A stretch of DNA of 64,000 nucleotides. It comes from a virus. Its lineage: Duplodnaviria > Caudoviricetes. Below are positions 11,561 through 22,909 of the stretch, piece after piece (the stretch's first letter is position 1; the number at the start of each line of letters is the position of its first letter). The notes under the pieces were generated by a model. That model was not told where the DNA came from and did no database searches. It worked only from the letters and a program-made list of their open reading frames with translations. The stretch covers positions 1-64,000 of IMG/VR virus record IMGVR_UViG_3300013121_000026. One strand, given 5' to 3'. A program made the position numbers and the translations under genes.

Positions 11561-12409
11561 ATGTCTCAATGGGGTAGAAATGGAGTAGCCAGCAACACTG
11601 TAAAGTGGGCAGCTCAATCACTAAATGAGGGTTCTGGTAAGGCTAACATTTCTGCCAATAACAGTGCTCTTTTTAATAATGTCACAGCAGATGCGTTTAT
11701 TACTGGAGAAGCAGTAGGAGTTTTTGCAGCATCAGCATCTGAAATTGCTAATACTGATGCGGAAGGTTCTAGAGTAACAACGCCAGGATGGCAGCTAAGA
11801 AGAGCAGGAGCAGGTCCTGTTGTTTCGATTGCTGTTACTGTAGCAGGAAGCGGATTTGTTAATGGTGAAACCATTACAATTTCCGGTGGACAATCAAACG
11901 CCACCGGAACAATTGCTACGACTGGAACAGGTAATGCAATGACCAGCGTAACTGTTACAACAGGTGGTCGTTTTATTAATACTACTGGATTGTCTTACAC
12001 GTTCAACCGTGATTACAAGCATCTTAAGGAAGTTATTGTAACCGATGGCGGAACAGGATATGACAACACCGATACCTTTGTTGCTAGCAACGGTACAGTT
12101 AATGCAACTGGTACAGTTACTACCAATACAGAAGGTGGTATTACTTCTCTAACAATTGATACTGGTGCAATTGGTAAGTGGGCGGCAGCTAAGGTTAACG
12201 GAGACGTTCCAATCACTGTTCTTGCTGCAAATGGTGCAGCATCTAATGGTTCAACAGCATCGCTAGCGGCTAACATTGTTACAAGTTCCAGCGGAACCGT
12301 AGTAGCAACATTAGGTGGACGTGCTGGAAGAGTTCATTACGAGACTCTTGTTTCAGTTAAGTCAATTACCTCAAATACTGGTAACGATACTTACCTACCA
12401 CAAGCATAA
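11561..12409 (+). CDS. Gly/Thr/Ala-rich virion structural protein
   Basis: MSQWG start, VTxxGSG/GTGY beta repeats, C-terminal GRAGRVHYETLV. Confidence 0.7.
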   Translation: MSQWGRNGVASNTVKWAAQSLNEGSGKANISANNSALFNNVTADAFITGEAVGVFAASASEIANTDAEGSRVTTPGWQLRRAGAGPVVSIAVTVAGSGFVNGETITISGGQSNATGTIATTGTGNAMTSVTVTTGGRFINTTGLSYTFNRDYKHLKEVIVTDGGTGYDNTDTFVASNGTVNATGTVTTNTEGGITSLTIDTGAIGKWAAAKVNGDVPITVLAANGAASNGSTASLAANIVTSSSGTVVATLGGRAGRVHYETLVSVKSITSNTGNDTYLPQA

Positions 12410-12420
12410 GGAATTAGCTG

Positions 12421-12699
12421 GTGGCAAATGAAGCCAAAAAAATAACTGCTGTTTATGTAGCTAATAGCATAACTTCTAATGATAGTTTTTTAATAGTTAG
12501 AAGTTATGCTAACTCGTCAGCCGCACAGACAGCTATGGTACCACAAACAGTATTGATAACCGGAAAGTTTATTAATAGTGAACCAGCAAACAATGCTGCG
12601 TTAACGATAACTCAAGGAGATTATCGAGTATCAAATAGTTATTTGTATGTGGCTACCGCTAATAATTATGTCAAAAGAGTTAGTCTTACTGATTTCTAA
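12421..12699 (+). CDS. Small virion protein
   Basis: C-terminal YLYVATANNYVKRVSL motif seen in tail-associated proteins. Confidence 0.55.
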   Translation: MANEAKKITAVYVANSITSNDSFLIVRSYANSSAAQTAMVPQTVLITGKFINSEPANNAALTITQGDYRVSNSYLYVATANNYVKRVSLTDF

Positions 12700-13089
12700 A
12701 TGAAAGACGTGTTAACTAGCTCCAATTTTTTGTTATATGCAGCACATCATTATGATTTGACCCTTTGTCATGATACTTGTGAATTTCTTGAGGATCTAAG
12801 ACGTATCAAGTACATTAAGAAATTAATTACTAGATACATTGAAAATGGTGATTTAAAAGAGCGTCTTATTTTAAATCACATTACTGTACTTAATAATGTG
12901 TTTCCTAGAGAGGCACTAAATCGAATATTGTTTTTGAAAATGGAAGAATACCTTCCATACATTAAACCATTTTTAATTAAACTGAATATTTGTCCTGATA
13001 AAATTTGGAACGTTAAAAAAGAAGGCATCGTTGATTTTAATTCAATACCAATGAATGAAAAAGTTGTAGAGGCATTAAGAAAGATATGA
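12700..13089 (+). CDS. Conserved T4-like hypothetical protein upstream of primase
   Basis: NFLLYAAHHY...EFLEDL.RIKYIK.L..RY...LKERLILNH. Confidence 0.7.
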   Translation: MKDVLTSSNFLLYAAHHYDLTLCHDTCEFLEDLRRIKYIKKLITRYIENGDLKERLILNHITVLNNVFPREALNRILFLKMEEYLPYIKPFLIKLNICPDKIWNVKKEGIVDFNSIPMNEKVVEALRKI

Positions 13090-13238
13090 AAAAACTAATT
13101 AAGGAAGATGCTCCAACTAATAATGCATCCAGTGGTATGGTAGCAGGTCTAGACAATAACCCACCGGGACGTTCAAAATTAATTTCGTTTAAGAAGATTT
13201 TAAAGAGAAAAAAAGATGTCAGATGTTCCGGAAAGTAA
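13086..13238 (+). CDS. Small gp61.1-like protein (50 aa)
   Basis: MKKLIKEDAPTNNASSG.VAG; below the ORF-track cutoff. Confidence 0.55.
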   Translation: MKKLIKEDAPTNNASSGMVAGLDNNPPGRSKLISFKKILKRKKDVRCSGK

Positions 13239-13548
13239 TATTAAAGAATTAATTGCCAGAGTGGATGAACGAACTAAATCGATTCAAGACGAATTCTACC
13301 TAATTCGTGACGACATTAGAAATCAATTTAATGAAGTCACAGTTAGAATGAATACAGCGGAACAGCATTATGATGAAAAGATTAAGACACTGGAAAAGGA
13401 TTTTGTTAAAAGAACAGAATTCACTCCAATTCAACGTCTAGTGTACGGATTTGTTGCTATTGTAGTTACAACGGTTATTCTAGCATTGCTATCAACAGTA
13501 ATTATTAATAATTACCCAAAAGTTACGCCAACAGTTCAGGTTAAGTAA
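13216..13548 (+). CDS. Coiled-coil protein with C-terminal TM (holin/XhlA-like)
   Basis: Coiled coil followed by a single hydrophobic helix. Confidence 0.5.
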   Translation: MSDVPESNIKELIARVDERTKSIQDEFYLIRDDIRNQFNEVTVRMNTAEQHYDEKIKTLEKDFVKRTEFTPIQRLVYGFVAIVVTTVILALLSTVIINNYPKVTPTVQVK

Positions 13549-13747
13549 AATGTCTTGGAGAGATTTTGGTAAGGTTTTAATTGGAACTAGATCAGTAAAA
13601 GATGCTTTCATTAATATTTTTTTTGTTATTTGCGTCATTGGTTCCTTGTTAATTTATTTGCATATCAAACCGATCCAAAATTATCTTGAAGCTGGTAATC
13701 CCAATAACAGCTTGACATTTAACCAAATGTAATGCATAAATTCTAGC

Positions 13748-14746
13748 ATGTTATGGCTAGAAAGAAAGTACATTAATTTATTGAGCTCTAGGCTTGATAA
13801 GTTTAAGTTCAAAAACAACTCAGCAAACTTTAGATGTCCATTGTGTGGTGACTCTGAAAAGAGCACAAGGAAAACGCGCGGGTATATTTTTGAAAAGGGT
13901 CAGAACTATCAATTCTATTGTCATAACTGTGGAGCATCAATGCGCTTTGTTAATTTATTAAAGCGTCTGGATGTTCAGTTATACGATGAATATTGCCTGG
14001 AAAACTTTGAGCCCAAAAGCAAGCCTGTTAAATTTGAAACAGTTACTAAACAAAAAATTGATTTAATCAACGAAACCAAACCATTCTATCATTTAAAAAC
14101 AATATTCGCTCTGGGCAAAGGCGATCCTGCGTATGATTATCTAGCAAAAAGAAAAATACCCGAACAGTTCCTAAATGAATTTAGATGGGCACCCGGATTC
14201 AAGAATTTTAGCAATCAAATCATTCCAAAAAAATTCGATCACCCGGAACACGATGAAGGTAGAATTGTTATTCCATTTTTTACTGCGGATAAAAAACTGT
14301 TTGCATTTCAAGGCAGAAGTATTTTTTATGATGCGGGTGCTAGACTAAGATATATAACTGTAGTTATTGATCCTGAACTGCCATGCTTATGGGGGCTGGA
14401 TAAGGTTAATTTTAAAGAGAAAATCTACGTATTTGAAGGTGTCCTTGATGCATTGTTTATTCCTAACTCTTTGGCTATTGCGGGCTCAAATTTTGCTGGT
14501 CTAAGAAGAATATGCGACCCAAAGAATACAGTGATGGTTTATGACAATGAACCCGCATCAAAAGAAACTAAAAAGAAGATTAGGCACGCAATAGAACAAG
14601 GATTTGGTGTTTGCATCTGGCCAAATAATATTGAGAACAAAGATGTTAATAGCATGATTCTCAATGAGAACTTGACAGCGGATCACATTAAAGGTATAAT
14701 TAACAGATCAACTTATTTTGGTATGGAAGCAAAGGTGATGTTATGA
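13748..14746 (+). CDS. gp61: DNA primase, T4 gp61-like
   Basis: CPLCGDS..CHNC zinc ribbon, FQGR, FEGVLDA, YDNEP, KDVN. Confidence 0.96.
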   Translation: MLWLERKYINLLSSRLDKFKFKNNSANFRCPLCGDSEKSTRKTRGYIFEKGQNYQFYCHNCGASMRFVNLLKRLDVQLYDEYCLENFEPKSKPVKFETVTKQKIDLINETKPFYHLKTIFALGKGDPAYDYLAKRKIPEQFLNEFRWAPGFKNFSNQIIPKKFDHPEHDEGRIVIPFFTADKKLFAFQGRSIFYDAGARLRYITVVIDPELPCLWGLDKVNFKEKIYVFEGVLDALFIPNSLAIAGSNFAGLRRICDPKNTVMVYDNEPASKETKKKIRHAIEQGFGVCIWPNNIENKDVNSMILNENLTADHIKGIINRSTYFGMEAKVML

Positions 14747-15189
14747 AAATTAATATACCTAAAATTGTGCATGATAAATTTATAAGAGCACTGTTTAAGT
14801 TTAGGGATAATCCTGGAAAGAAGGAGTTTAGTATGCTTACTGGTTACGAACTATCATCTAGTTTATGTGACGTTTCTAACAAAACCAAGCCGCTAATGGC
14901 GGACACATTAAGCGAGATTTCAAAAAAAACTCCGTATTTAGATGGTGCTATTACTCCTACAATAGAAAGATTATTATATATAAGCAGTTTATACAAATAT
15001 AATAACAATTTTTTGTGAGTACAAATGTTAACTCTTTATGACCTTCAAAATATTGAGACCAAAACTAGTGATGTAATTTATCAAATAAATTTTTATTTAA
15101 ATTTGAATGTGGGTTATTTTTTTACTGTTTGATAAATATGATCTGCTCTCAATAGGCGCAGTAATACTGATAGGACGTGGTTTCTTAGA

Positions 15190-15717
15190 ATGACAAAGGT
15201 TATTAATTTTATTGGTGGTCCCGGCTGTGGCAAATCAACGATGTCCGGCCAGTTGTTTGGATACATGAAAGAAAAGAGATATAATGTAGAATATGTATCT
15301 GAGTTTGCTAAACAACTAGCATGGGACAAGGCCATCAACACAATAGATGATCAAATCTATTTGCTGGGTGTTCAAAATCACGGACTGTATTCGTTAATGG
15401 GTGAAGCTGATTACATCATAACAGATTCACCGATACTATTAAATATAACCTATGGATGGAAATCACTAAGAAAATTTAACAAGGATGCTGTTATTCCTTC
15501 GTTCAGTGCTTTAGTTCGGGACATTTATTATCAATATGACAATACCCTGTTCTATGTAGACCGTAAGGAAAGACATTATTCAACATCTGGTAGATTAGAG
15601 AGCGAAAATGAAGCTTTAACTCTTGATCGCCACATAAAAGATATGTTAGATGTATATGAAATTCCCTATACCGAAATAGAAAAATTCGAACAATGTCTAG
15701 CGATACTTGGCGTTTAA
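15190..15717 (+). CDS. P-loop NadR/AAA_28-like kinase
   Basis: GGPGCGKST, EFAK, ITDSP. Confidence 0.75.
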   Translation: MTKVINFIGGPGCGKSTMSGQLFGYMKEKRYNVEYVSEFAKQLAWDKAINTIDDQIYLLGVQNHGLYSLMGEADYIITDSPILLNITYGWKSLRKFNKDAVIPSFSALVRDIYYQYDNTLFYVDRKERHYSTSGRLESENEALTLDRHIKDMLDVYEIPYTEIEKFEQCLAILGV

Positions 15718-16098
15718 TTATTAAACCTAATAGAGCAAATCAAGGAAGTGATCTAATAAATAACATTTGGAGACGATGTGCATTTAATGCTATTCCTGGT
15801 TATAGTGATAATGTTCTGAACTTGTCATTGTATCATTCAGCAGATCTAATTGATAGAGCTCAACTTGATAGTGAGAATTTTTTATAAGATTGGAATACCT
15901 AAATGGCTAAAATCTCTTGGGATATGATTATCCCTTATAATCATTTGGTTCTTCAAACGCATTTTTCATACCACATTATGTCGAAAAGTATTGATGTTGT
16001 TAAAAAAATTCGTAGGGTAAATCTTTCCTCGGATTTATATTATAGTGCTTATAGGATGTTCAATTCGATTGATAATATCAATATTAGAGAGAATTTTT

Positions 16099-16106
16099 TA
16101 TAAATA
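16099..16106 (+). promoter_or_regulatory. T4-type late promoter
   Basis: TATAAATA. Confidence 0.65.
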
Positions 16107-16176
16107 ACTAGGAGGTCTAACAAAGCATCGCCTCTTTAAATAAGTGTGCTTTGAAAATAACTGAAAGGAAATAATT

Positions 16177-16434
16177 TTGATTTCAGCATTAGGTGTTGCA
16201 GCCATCGTGGCTGCATCTTTGTTTACTGGTGGTGTAGTAATTCATCCTCAGGAACCTGTAGTTGGTAATATGTTAATTGGTGCTGGCGTCGGTACTCTAA
16301 TCGGAGGTGGCGTTGGAACTATTCCGGGTGCTGTTGCTGGCGGAGTAACAACCGGTGCAATTGTTGGTGGAACTGTTGGTACTATTACTGGACCATTTGT
16401 TCTTCCGTCTGCTCCAAAGAAGCGTATTAGATAA
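16177..16434 (+). CDS. Glycine-zipper membrane protein
   Basis: GxxxG repeats. Confidence 0.65.
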   Translation: MISALGVAAIVAASLFTGGVVIHPQEPVVGNMLIGAGVGTLIGGGVGTIPGAVAGGVTTGAIVGGTVGTITGPFVLPSAPKKRIR

Positions 16435-16458
16435 TAATTTAAATTATTATCACAAGCA

Positions 16459-16489
16459 AATGAGGGCTAACTGCCCTCATTTTATTTTG
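16459..16489 (+). terminator. Putative intrinsic terminator
   Basis: ATGAGGG-ctaactg-CCCTCAT then T-rich tract. Confidence 0.55.
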
Positions 16490-16501
16490 GAAAGGAAGAA
16501 T

Positions 16502-16828
16502 ATGAAAACAATAATACTTAGTATCGCTTTGTTATTGTTGACTTTTTCCCACTCTTATGCGTATAATTGTGGTATTGCATCGTATTATTATCATGGTCAA
16601 CGAACAGCAAATGGCGAACGGTTTAATCCAAATGGATTTACCGCAGCCCACAGAACATTACCATTCGGTACGATGTTAACAGTAACAAATTCAGCTAATG
16701 GCAGAAGTGTTACTGTTAGAATAAATGATAGAGGTCCCTTTATTAAAGGGCGAATAATTGATTTATCCAAGGGAGCAGCCCAAGCAATTGGACTAACTTC
16801 AAGTGGAATTGGAAAGGTCTGTTTCTAA
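16502..16828 (+). CDS. rlpA: RlpA-like DPBB lytic transglycosylase with signal peptide
   Basis: [36 protein letters not shown]. Confidence 0.9.
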   Translation: MKTIILSIALLLLTFSHSYAYNCGIASYYYHGQRTANGERFNPNGFTAAHRTLPFGTMLTVTNSANGRSVTVRINDRGPFIKGRIIDLSKGAAQAIGLTSSGIGKVCF

Positions 16829-16850
16829 GCAAAGAAGGAATTAATATACA

Positions 16851-17300
16851 ATGATTATTAATGTAACTTCAACATATACACTGTCCGCAGGTCATTATGT
16901 TATAGGTGACCCTTGTATATTAATTCCCTCACTTTATTTTACAGAGCTAGAAACCACCAGCGACTTTTGGCGTCAGCCTAATGGTTATTTTGTTCTTAAT
17001 GGCGAAAAGATTGATGTAATAACCTACGAATTAACTGATGGTTATTATTACTTCGACCAGCACAATAATTTAAAAATCGGGCCTGAAATTTGCATAGCAG
17101 ATATTTACAAAAATAATCTATTGGAACTGAATTCCGGTATGATTTCTATTGTTAAATTTATAAATAAAATACATTCAAAACTACTAAAGAATGACTACGT
17201 GTCTTTGAAATCCAAAAAAGAATTCAGTGTGTTTGAAAACAAGGACCACGTTCAATTTGGAAACATTGCTTATAAAAAAACAAAAATGGAGAGTACCTAA
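16851..17300 (+). CDS. Hypothetical protein
   Basis: ORF with GHYVIGDPC motif and RBS. Confidence 0.55.
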   Translation: MIINVTSTYTLSAGHYVIGDPCILIPSLYFTELETTSDFWRQPNGYFVLNGEKIDVITYELTDGYYYFDQHNNLKIGPEICIADIYKNNLLELNSGMISIVKFINKIHSKLLKNDYVSLKSKKEFSVFENKDHVQFGNIAYKKTKMEST

Positions 17301-18646
17301 TGAAAAACACCACGCCCTTTCAATCATATGTTTACAAAAGTCGTTATTCAAGATTTTTGCATGATAAAGGACGTCGTGAAAATTGGGATGAAACAGTTGC
17401 TAGATATTTTGATTTCTTTACCGAACATCTTAAGAAAACCTGCAATTACACCTTAGATTCCGAGCTTAGAAAAGAACTGGAAACTGCGGTTCTTAATTTT
17501 GAAGTAATGCCTTCAATGCGAGGAATTATGACTGCAGGTCCTGCATTAGAGCGAGATCCCGGAGCAATCTATAATTGCGCTTATACAGTAGCAGACAATC
17601 CTAAGGTGTTTGGTGAAATTATGTATACCTTGATGCTCGGCTCAGGAATTGGATTCAGCGTCGAAAGACAATACGTAAACAAGTTGCCAACAATTCCCGA
17701 TCAGTTATTTTCCTCAGATACAATTATAACTGTAGCAGACAGTAGAATTGGATGGGCTAAGGCTACAAATGAATTAATATCAATTCTATATGCTGGTTCA
17801 ATTCCAAAATGGGACCTATCAAAATTGAGACCAGCGGGAGCCATATTAAAAACATTTGGTGGTAGAAGTTCTGGACCAGAACCACTAAAAAGAACATTTG
17901 AGTTTATCGTTGAAACATTTAAATCAGCATGTGGCAGAAAACTTACGTCAATTGAATGCCACGACATTATCCTTGTAATTTCTGAAGCTATTGTTTCAGG
18001 CGGTGTTAGAAGAAGTGCATTGCTATCACTATCTAATCTTTCTGATGACAGAATGCGATTTGCTAAATCAGGACAATGGTGGACGCTAACACCATGGCGC
18101 TCAATGGCTAATAATACAGCGGTTTATAATGATAAAAGACCTTCAATGGATACATTCATGACGGAATGGAAAGCATTGTATGACAGCAAGAGTGGTGAAC
18201 GTGGCATCTTTAGCAGGTATGCAGCCAAGAACGTAATTGACCGCGCTAATGCATTTAGAAAAACCCATTTTGGTGAACAAGCGCGAACAAGAAATACTGA
18301 ATTTGAATTTGGACTAAATCCTTGCGTTTCTGGTGATACAATTTTAGAAGTTTTAATTGATGAAATTTACCATAAAATAACTATTGAAAATTTAACAGCA
18401 TATTTAGAAAAAAATCCAAAAAGTATCATCAAAGTAAAATCTTACAATATTGAGGAAGACAGAATAGAATACAATGTGACGTCTTTTATTGGAGTTACTC
18501 AAAAAGATGCTAAAATATTAAAAATAACGGACACCATAACAGAAAAATCAATAAAAGTAACACCGGATCATCAAGTCTGGACGGAAAATCGAGGATGGAT
18601 TAGGGCGGATCATTTAAAAAGTGATGACATATTAAAAATTATATAA
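17300..18646 (+). CDS. nrdJ: Class II ribonucleotide reductase N-part fused to N-terminal split intein (from Cys at 18323)
   Basis: RRENW.ETV.R, MPSMR, YNCAY, VSGGVRRSA, GLNP|CVSGDT...VTPDHQV. Confidence 0.95.
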   Translation: MKNTTPFQSYVYKSRYSRFLHDKGRRENWDETVARYFDFFTEHLKKTCNYTLDSELRKELETAVLNFEVMPSMRGIMTAGPALERDPGAIYNCAYTVADNPKVFGEIMYTLMLGSGIGFSVERQYVNKLPTIPDQLFSSDTIITVADSRIGWAKATNELISILYAGSIPKWDLSKLRPAGAILKTFGGRSSGPEPLKRTFEFIVETFKSACGRKLTSIECHDIILVISEAIVSGGVRRSALLSLSNLSDDRMRFAKSGQWWTLTPWRSMANNTAVYNDKRPSMDTFMTEWKALYDSKSGERGIFSRYAAKNVIDRANAFRKTHFGEQARTRNTEFEFGLNPCVSGDTILEVLIDEIYHKITIENLTAYLEKNPKSIIKVKSYNIEEDRIEYNVTSFIGVTQKDAKILKITDTITEKSIKVTPDHQVWTENRGWIRADHLKSDDILKII

Positions 18647-18653
18647 TCGTTAA

Positions 18654-18698
18654 AATCCCTGTTGTTATAAATAATAAACCGGAGTAACAACAGGGATT
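18654..18698 (+). promoter_or_regulatory. Late promoter TATAAATA (18666-18673) within a 14-bp perfect hairpin covering the endonuclease RBS
   Basis: AATCCCTGTTGTTA / TAACAACAGGGATT inverted repeat. Confidence 0.8.
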
Positions 18699-18705
18699 AA
18701 GACTA

Positions 18706-19668
18706 TTGAACGAAATATCTGAATTTGCACATCATAATAATATGTCAATTGACGATGCCACATATGTTTTAAGAAACAAAAATCCAAGATGCAAATGTGG
18801 GGATTTTAAAAAAACTATGAACAGCCCTCAATCCAAAGTTGGGCAAGCATTATATAGAAATTGTGGAAAAATTAAATGTGAACACAACTATGGTAAAAAA
18901 AGACCAGAACATTCACAATATATGAAAAAATTAGCCAAATCTAATAATACTCGATATACTGCAACTCTAATGAAGAAAGGACAATTGTTTAATAAAGAAG
19001 TAAATAGTGTTTCATTTAAAAGAAAATTTTTATCCAACAAAAAAATTGAAACAGAACATTTAAATGACAATGAAGTTTTAAAAGTATTCGCTGATTACAA
19101 ATCCAAATTAGTAAAATCTAGGGAATATAGAACAAAAGAAATAATATCTTTTTTTAAGAAAAATACTAAACAAGAATTAGATATTCAAAAAATTAATAAA
19201 CTTAGTGTAGAACAATTTAATAGATTGTTTTATTTGTATAAAAGTGAGCATCATGATATATTCTGTTCTGCAGTTTGTAATGCAAAATGTTACAAAAGAT
19301 CGCTACTAACTGATTTAAAATTTAATATCAGGGGTCTTACTAGCGTATATACTAGATCATCATATGACACAAATTACATTTTATATTTTGAGAAAAACAA
19401 AATAAGATGGGATTATGAATTTAAAAACTTTAGATTGCCAGCAAAAAAATACAAACCGGATTTTTACGTTAACTATAACCAAAATAAATACATCATAGAG
19501 GCTAAAGGATTTTTGTTAGACGAAAAAGAATATTTTGATTTAAATGTATACCCATTATTAAATATAATTTCTCCCCTGGGAGTGAAGTATATTTTCAGTT
19601 ATAAATCAGAACCATATCAAGATTTTACAAAATTTTTAATAGAACACGAGGTTAAGCAAAAATGTTAA
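18706..19668 (+). mobile_element. Free-standing endonuclease, PD-(D/E)XK type, between the nrdJ halves
   Basis: C-terminal RSSY...WDYE...YKPDF...IIEAKG; N-terminal Cys pairs; AT-rich; TTG start. Confidence 0.8.
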
Positions 19669-20684
19669 TAATAGAAGAAATTACTGAAACAGAAGATGTA
19701 TATGATCTTACCAACCCAACGAATCATAATTTCTTTGCTAATGACATTTTAGTTCACAACTGCGCCGAGATTTTATTAAGAGACAAGGAATTTTGTAATC
19801 TAAGTGAAGTTGTCATTAAACAAAATGATACAATCAAAACACTCCAAAAGAAAATTCGCCTAGCAACAATTCTTGGAACGTTTCAAGCAACGCTAACGGA
19901 CTTTAGATTCATCAGCAAGAAATGGAAAGACAACACCGAAGATGAAAGACTATTGGGTGTTTCTCTTACTGGAATAATGGACAATGAATTAACGTCGACT
20001 AAAAAAGGGATTGATAAACTAAAAGATTGCCTAACAGAACTTCGCAAAACAGCGATTCAAACAAATCAAGAATTTGCAGACAAGTTAGGAATACCACATT
20101 CTGTTTCTGTTACTTCAATTAAGCCAAGCGGAAGCGTCAGTGCGTTGGTTGATAGTGCATCAGGTATTCACACTAGACATTCGCATTATTATATTAGAAG
20201 AGCTCGTTCAGACAAGAAGGATCCATTAGCTCAATACATGATTGAAATCGGTATTCCCTACGAAGAGGATAAATTTAATAAAGAAGCCTGGGTATTTTCC
20301 TTCCCTCAAATGTCACCAGAACATGCTATCTTTAGAAATGACTTGTCTGCTATTGAACAGTTAGAAATTTGGTTACTGTATCAAATGTATTACACTGATC
20401 ATAAGCCATCAGTTACTATTTCTGTTAAGGAAGAAGAATGGATGGAAGTTGGAGCCTGGGTCTATAAGAACTTTGAGTGGATGAGTGGTGTTTCCTTCTT
20501 GCCATATTCCGATCACATTTATACGCAGGCTCCATTCGAAGAAATCACTAAGGAACAATATGATTTAGCAATGAAGAGTATGCCAAAGGAAATTGACTGG
20601 AATAAGCTAGTTGATTTTGAAAAAACTGACATGACGACAGGAAGTCAGGAGCTCGCTTGCGCTGCTGGAGGATGCAATATATGA
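19662..20684 (+). CDS. nrdJ: C-terminal split intein (33 aa, ends HN at 19760) fused to NrdJ C-part
   Basis: VYDLT..NHNFFAN.ILVHN|CAEI; CNLSE, IKPSG, C-terminal ACAAGGC. Confidence 0.95.
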   Translation: MLIIEEITETEDVYDLTNPTNHNFFANDILVHNCAEILLRDKEFCNLSEVVIKQNDTIKTLQKKIRLATILGTFQATLTDFRFISKKWKDNTEDERLLGVSLTGIMDNELTSTKKGIDKLKDCLTELRKTAIQTNQEFADKLGIPHSVSVTSIKPSGSVSALVDSASGIHTRHSHYYIRRARSDKKDPLAQYMIEIGIPYEEDKFNKEAWVFSFPQMSPEHAIFRNDLSAIEQLEIWLLYQMYYTDHKPSVTISVKEEEWMEVGAWVYKNFEWMSGVSFLPYSDHIYTQAPFEEITKEQYDLAMKSMPKEIDWNKLVDFEKTDMTTGSQELACAAGGCNI

Positions 20685-20832
20685 TCGTTTTTAACAATAC
20701 ACAGCCAATGGGTTGTATTTGCCCGCCTACATCAGAACAAACTTGTCAGAATCCACAGTGTCCCAGAAAGAACCGCCAAAAAGATGAAGAACAGTGGGTA
20801 TCCAAACCAAAACTGTTAAATGAAGAAAAATA

Positions 20833-21228
20833 ATGCCGCCTCGTAAACAACCCAAAGAAAATACATTTGTGGCTTGGTGGAAAACGACATCATGGTCAGT
20901 TAAGATTGTCTTTCCATTCACTGTAATCATTAGCGTTGGTGCAGCAATTAAAACATGGGTTGATTACGATTTATGGCGACCTGCATCAATTCAATTTGTT
21001 AAAGGTGAAACCAAAGTATTAAAACCGACCTTAAGAGACATTCAAATTGAATTAGCTCAGGGTAAATTGGAACAAACAGAAGAATTGCTGTTTAAGTGGA
21101 ACAAAGAACTATTAGAAAATCGTGGTGATTTATCCCTTATTAGAAGTCGTATTAAAGAATTAGAAAATACCAAGACGCAACTAAAGGAACAGTTATTAAC
21201 TCTTAAAGGATTAAAGATACAGGAGTAG
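20833..21228 (+). CDS. Membrane-anchored coiled-coil protein
   Basis: Single TM followed by coiled coil. Confidence 0.55.
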   Translation: MPPRKQPKENTFVAWWKTTSWSVKIVFPFTVIISVGAAIKTWVDYDLWRPASIQFVKGETKVLKPTLRDIQIELAQGKLEQTEELLFKWNKELLENRGDLSLIRSRIKELENTKTQLKEQLLTLKGLKIQE

Positions 21229-22482
21229 ATTATGCTTGACATTAAGAGAGGTTGTTATTACATTACTCCGAGACAATAAACATTTGAGGAGTGTTTTTAA
21301 TGTCAAAAATTCCGACGATCAAAATTAATCTAAGGCATCGTTTTAATATTGGTGATAAGGTTACTTACAACAAGGGCGATGAGCTTACTGCAAATCGTGA
21401 AATGCTCGTAGTTGATTTTGATTATAAAAATGGGACCGACATCATTGTTTCTTATAAAAACAGCATGAATAAGGTTGTAGAGGAAATTTGCAATGCGAAC
21501 GATTTGGAGCCTGTCTAATGTTCGACTGAAAATAAATGAGATTCATCTCGAAGCCTTTTCTTCATCCCCAACAGAATATCGATTGTTAGATATATATAGA
21601 TTATTAGATTCCTATGTCTCATTTTTAGAATTTATTGAGGAACAATGATGCCTTTGAATTTGCCTGATATTATGATAATCAAAATAAATTCCATTTGTAC
21701 TAAGGTTTATTATAAACTTTATTGGGATTTAATTTTCGACTATAGAATAGAAATTTTCTTTCGAATGAAAGTTCTGGACCAATTACCTGGAAAAATTTCT
21801 GGACCAATTACATGGAATTAGATATGTCTAATACTATTAATTTCGTCCATCCAGTTGTGCAATCCCATTATAAAATGAGTGAGAGCGACACAAATTATAG
21901 AATAAAGTTAGCAACGGAACATACAGCCTATTATGATACAGTATTTAATACTACCTGGATCCCTTGCCCAGCGCAAAATGCATTACACCTTTGGGAATGG
22001 TTGAAAACTAAGGAATCATATGTTTAAATACCTAAAATACTCGAATATTAAATTATCAGTTGATCTAAACCCTTTCGTTTGGAACATCATTTATAAATAT
22101 GAAGGACCAACAACTAGCGACCCACATTTAAGAATGGCATATCTCCGCATTCTGATGTTGTCACTAGCAATTATCATTGATGATGGTACATTTAACTTAG
22201 ATATTCCGAAAGAAGATGATGGAACACACAAAAGAAAGCATAAACGACCTAATAGAAAATCTTAGTGTTCAAACCGGCATTCCGGTAAATCTTCAGCGTG
22301 AACGATTTGATGCAGCGATTGCTCTAAACCAGCTATTAAATGAAAATGCAAAGTTTCGTGAGATCCTGGAGCAGTATATTAATTATACTGGCAAGGCATT
22401 GAAATTTGCCGAGATCAAAAAGGTGCAGCCCAATCCAATCCTAGTTGAGCTATACAAGAAAGCAGTCGAATTGGTTAAATAA

Positions 22483-22509
22483 ATATATGCGGAGGTAATC
22501 CGCATATAT
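22483..22509 (+). promoter_or_regulatory. Hairpin occluding the RBS/start of the GIY-YIG gene, with late-like AATAAATA at its 5' edge
   Basis: ATATATGCGGA-GGTAA-TCCGCATATAT. Confidence 0.6.
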
Positions 22510-22909
22510 GTGGTATTTTGAAAACAAACCAATAACTGAACTGCCTGAGGGCTTTGCGTCATTCGTCTATCGAATCACTAATAATGTGACCGGCAAGCAA
22601 TACATTGGCAAGAAGAAATTTCATACCTATCAGCGTAAAAAAGTCAAGGGAAGAAAAAATCGCAAGAAAATTGTTAAAGAATCTGATTGGAAAACGTATT
22701 ATGGCAGCAATGAAGAACTCAAGCAGGACATTGAAGAGCTTGGAGTTGACAAGTTCCACCGAGAGATATTAGATTTTTGTAAAACAACGGGACAGGCCTC
22801 TTACACAGAGGCAAAATACCAGTTTCAATTTGGTGTATTAGAAAATCCAGAGCTATGGTATAATAGCTGGATCCAATGCAAGGTCCACCGGACGCACCTA
22901 AAAAAATAG
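22508..22909 (+). CDS. GIY-YIG family nuclease
   Basis: FVYRITN..TGKQYIGKK, ESDWKTYYGS, F.REIL, E..YQ, WYN. Confidence 0.85.
   Translation: MWYFENKPITELPEGFASFVYRITNNVTGKQYIGKKKFHTYQRKKVKGRKNRKKIVKESDWKTYYGSNEELKQDIEELGVDKFHREILDFCKTTGQASYTEAKYQFQFGVLENPELWYNSWIQCKVHRTHLKK

Noticed and set aside
4895-18646. Stop-codon recoding or sequencing error as the cause of broken uvsX and nrdJ
   Set aside because: Breaks fall inside intein halves; C-parts have their own RBS/ATG; other genes are intact in code 11
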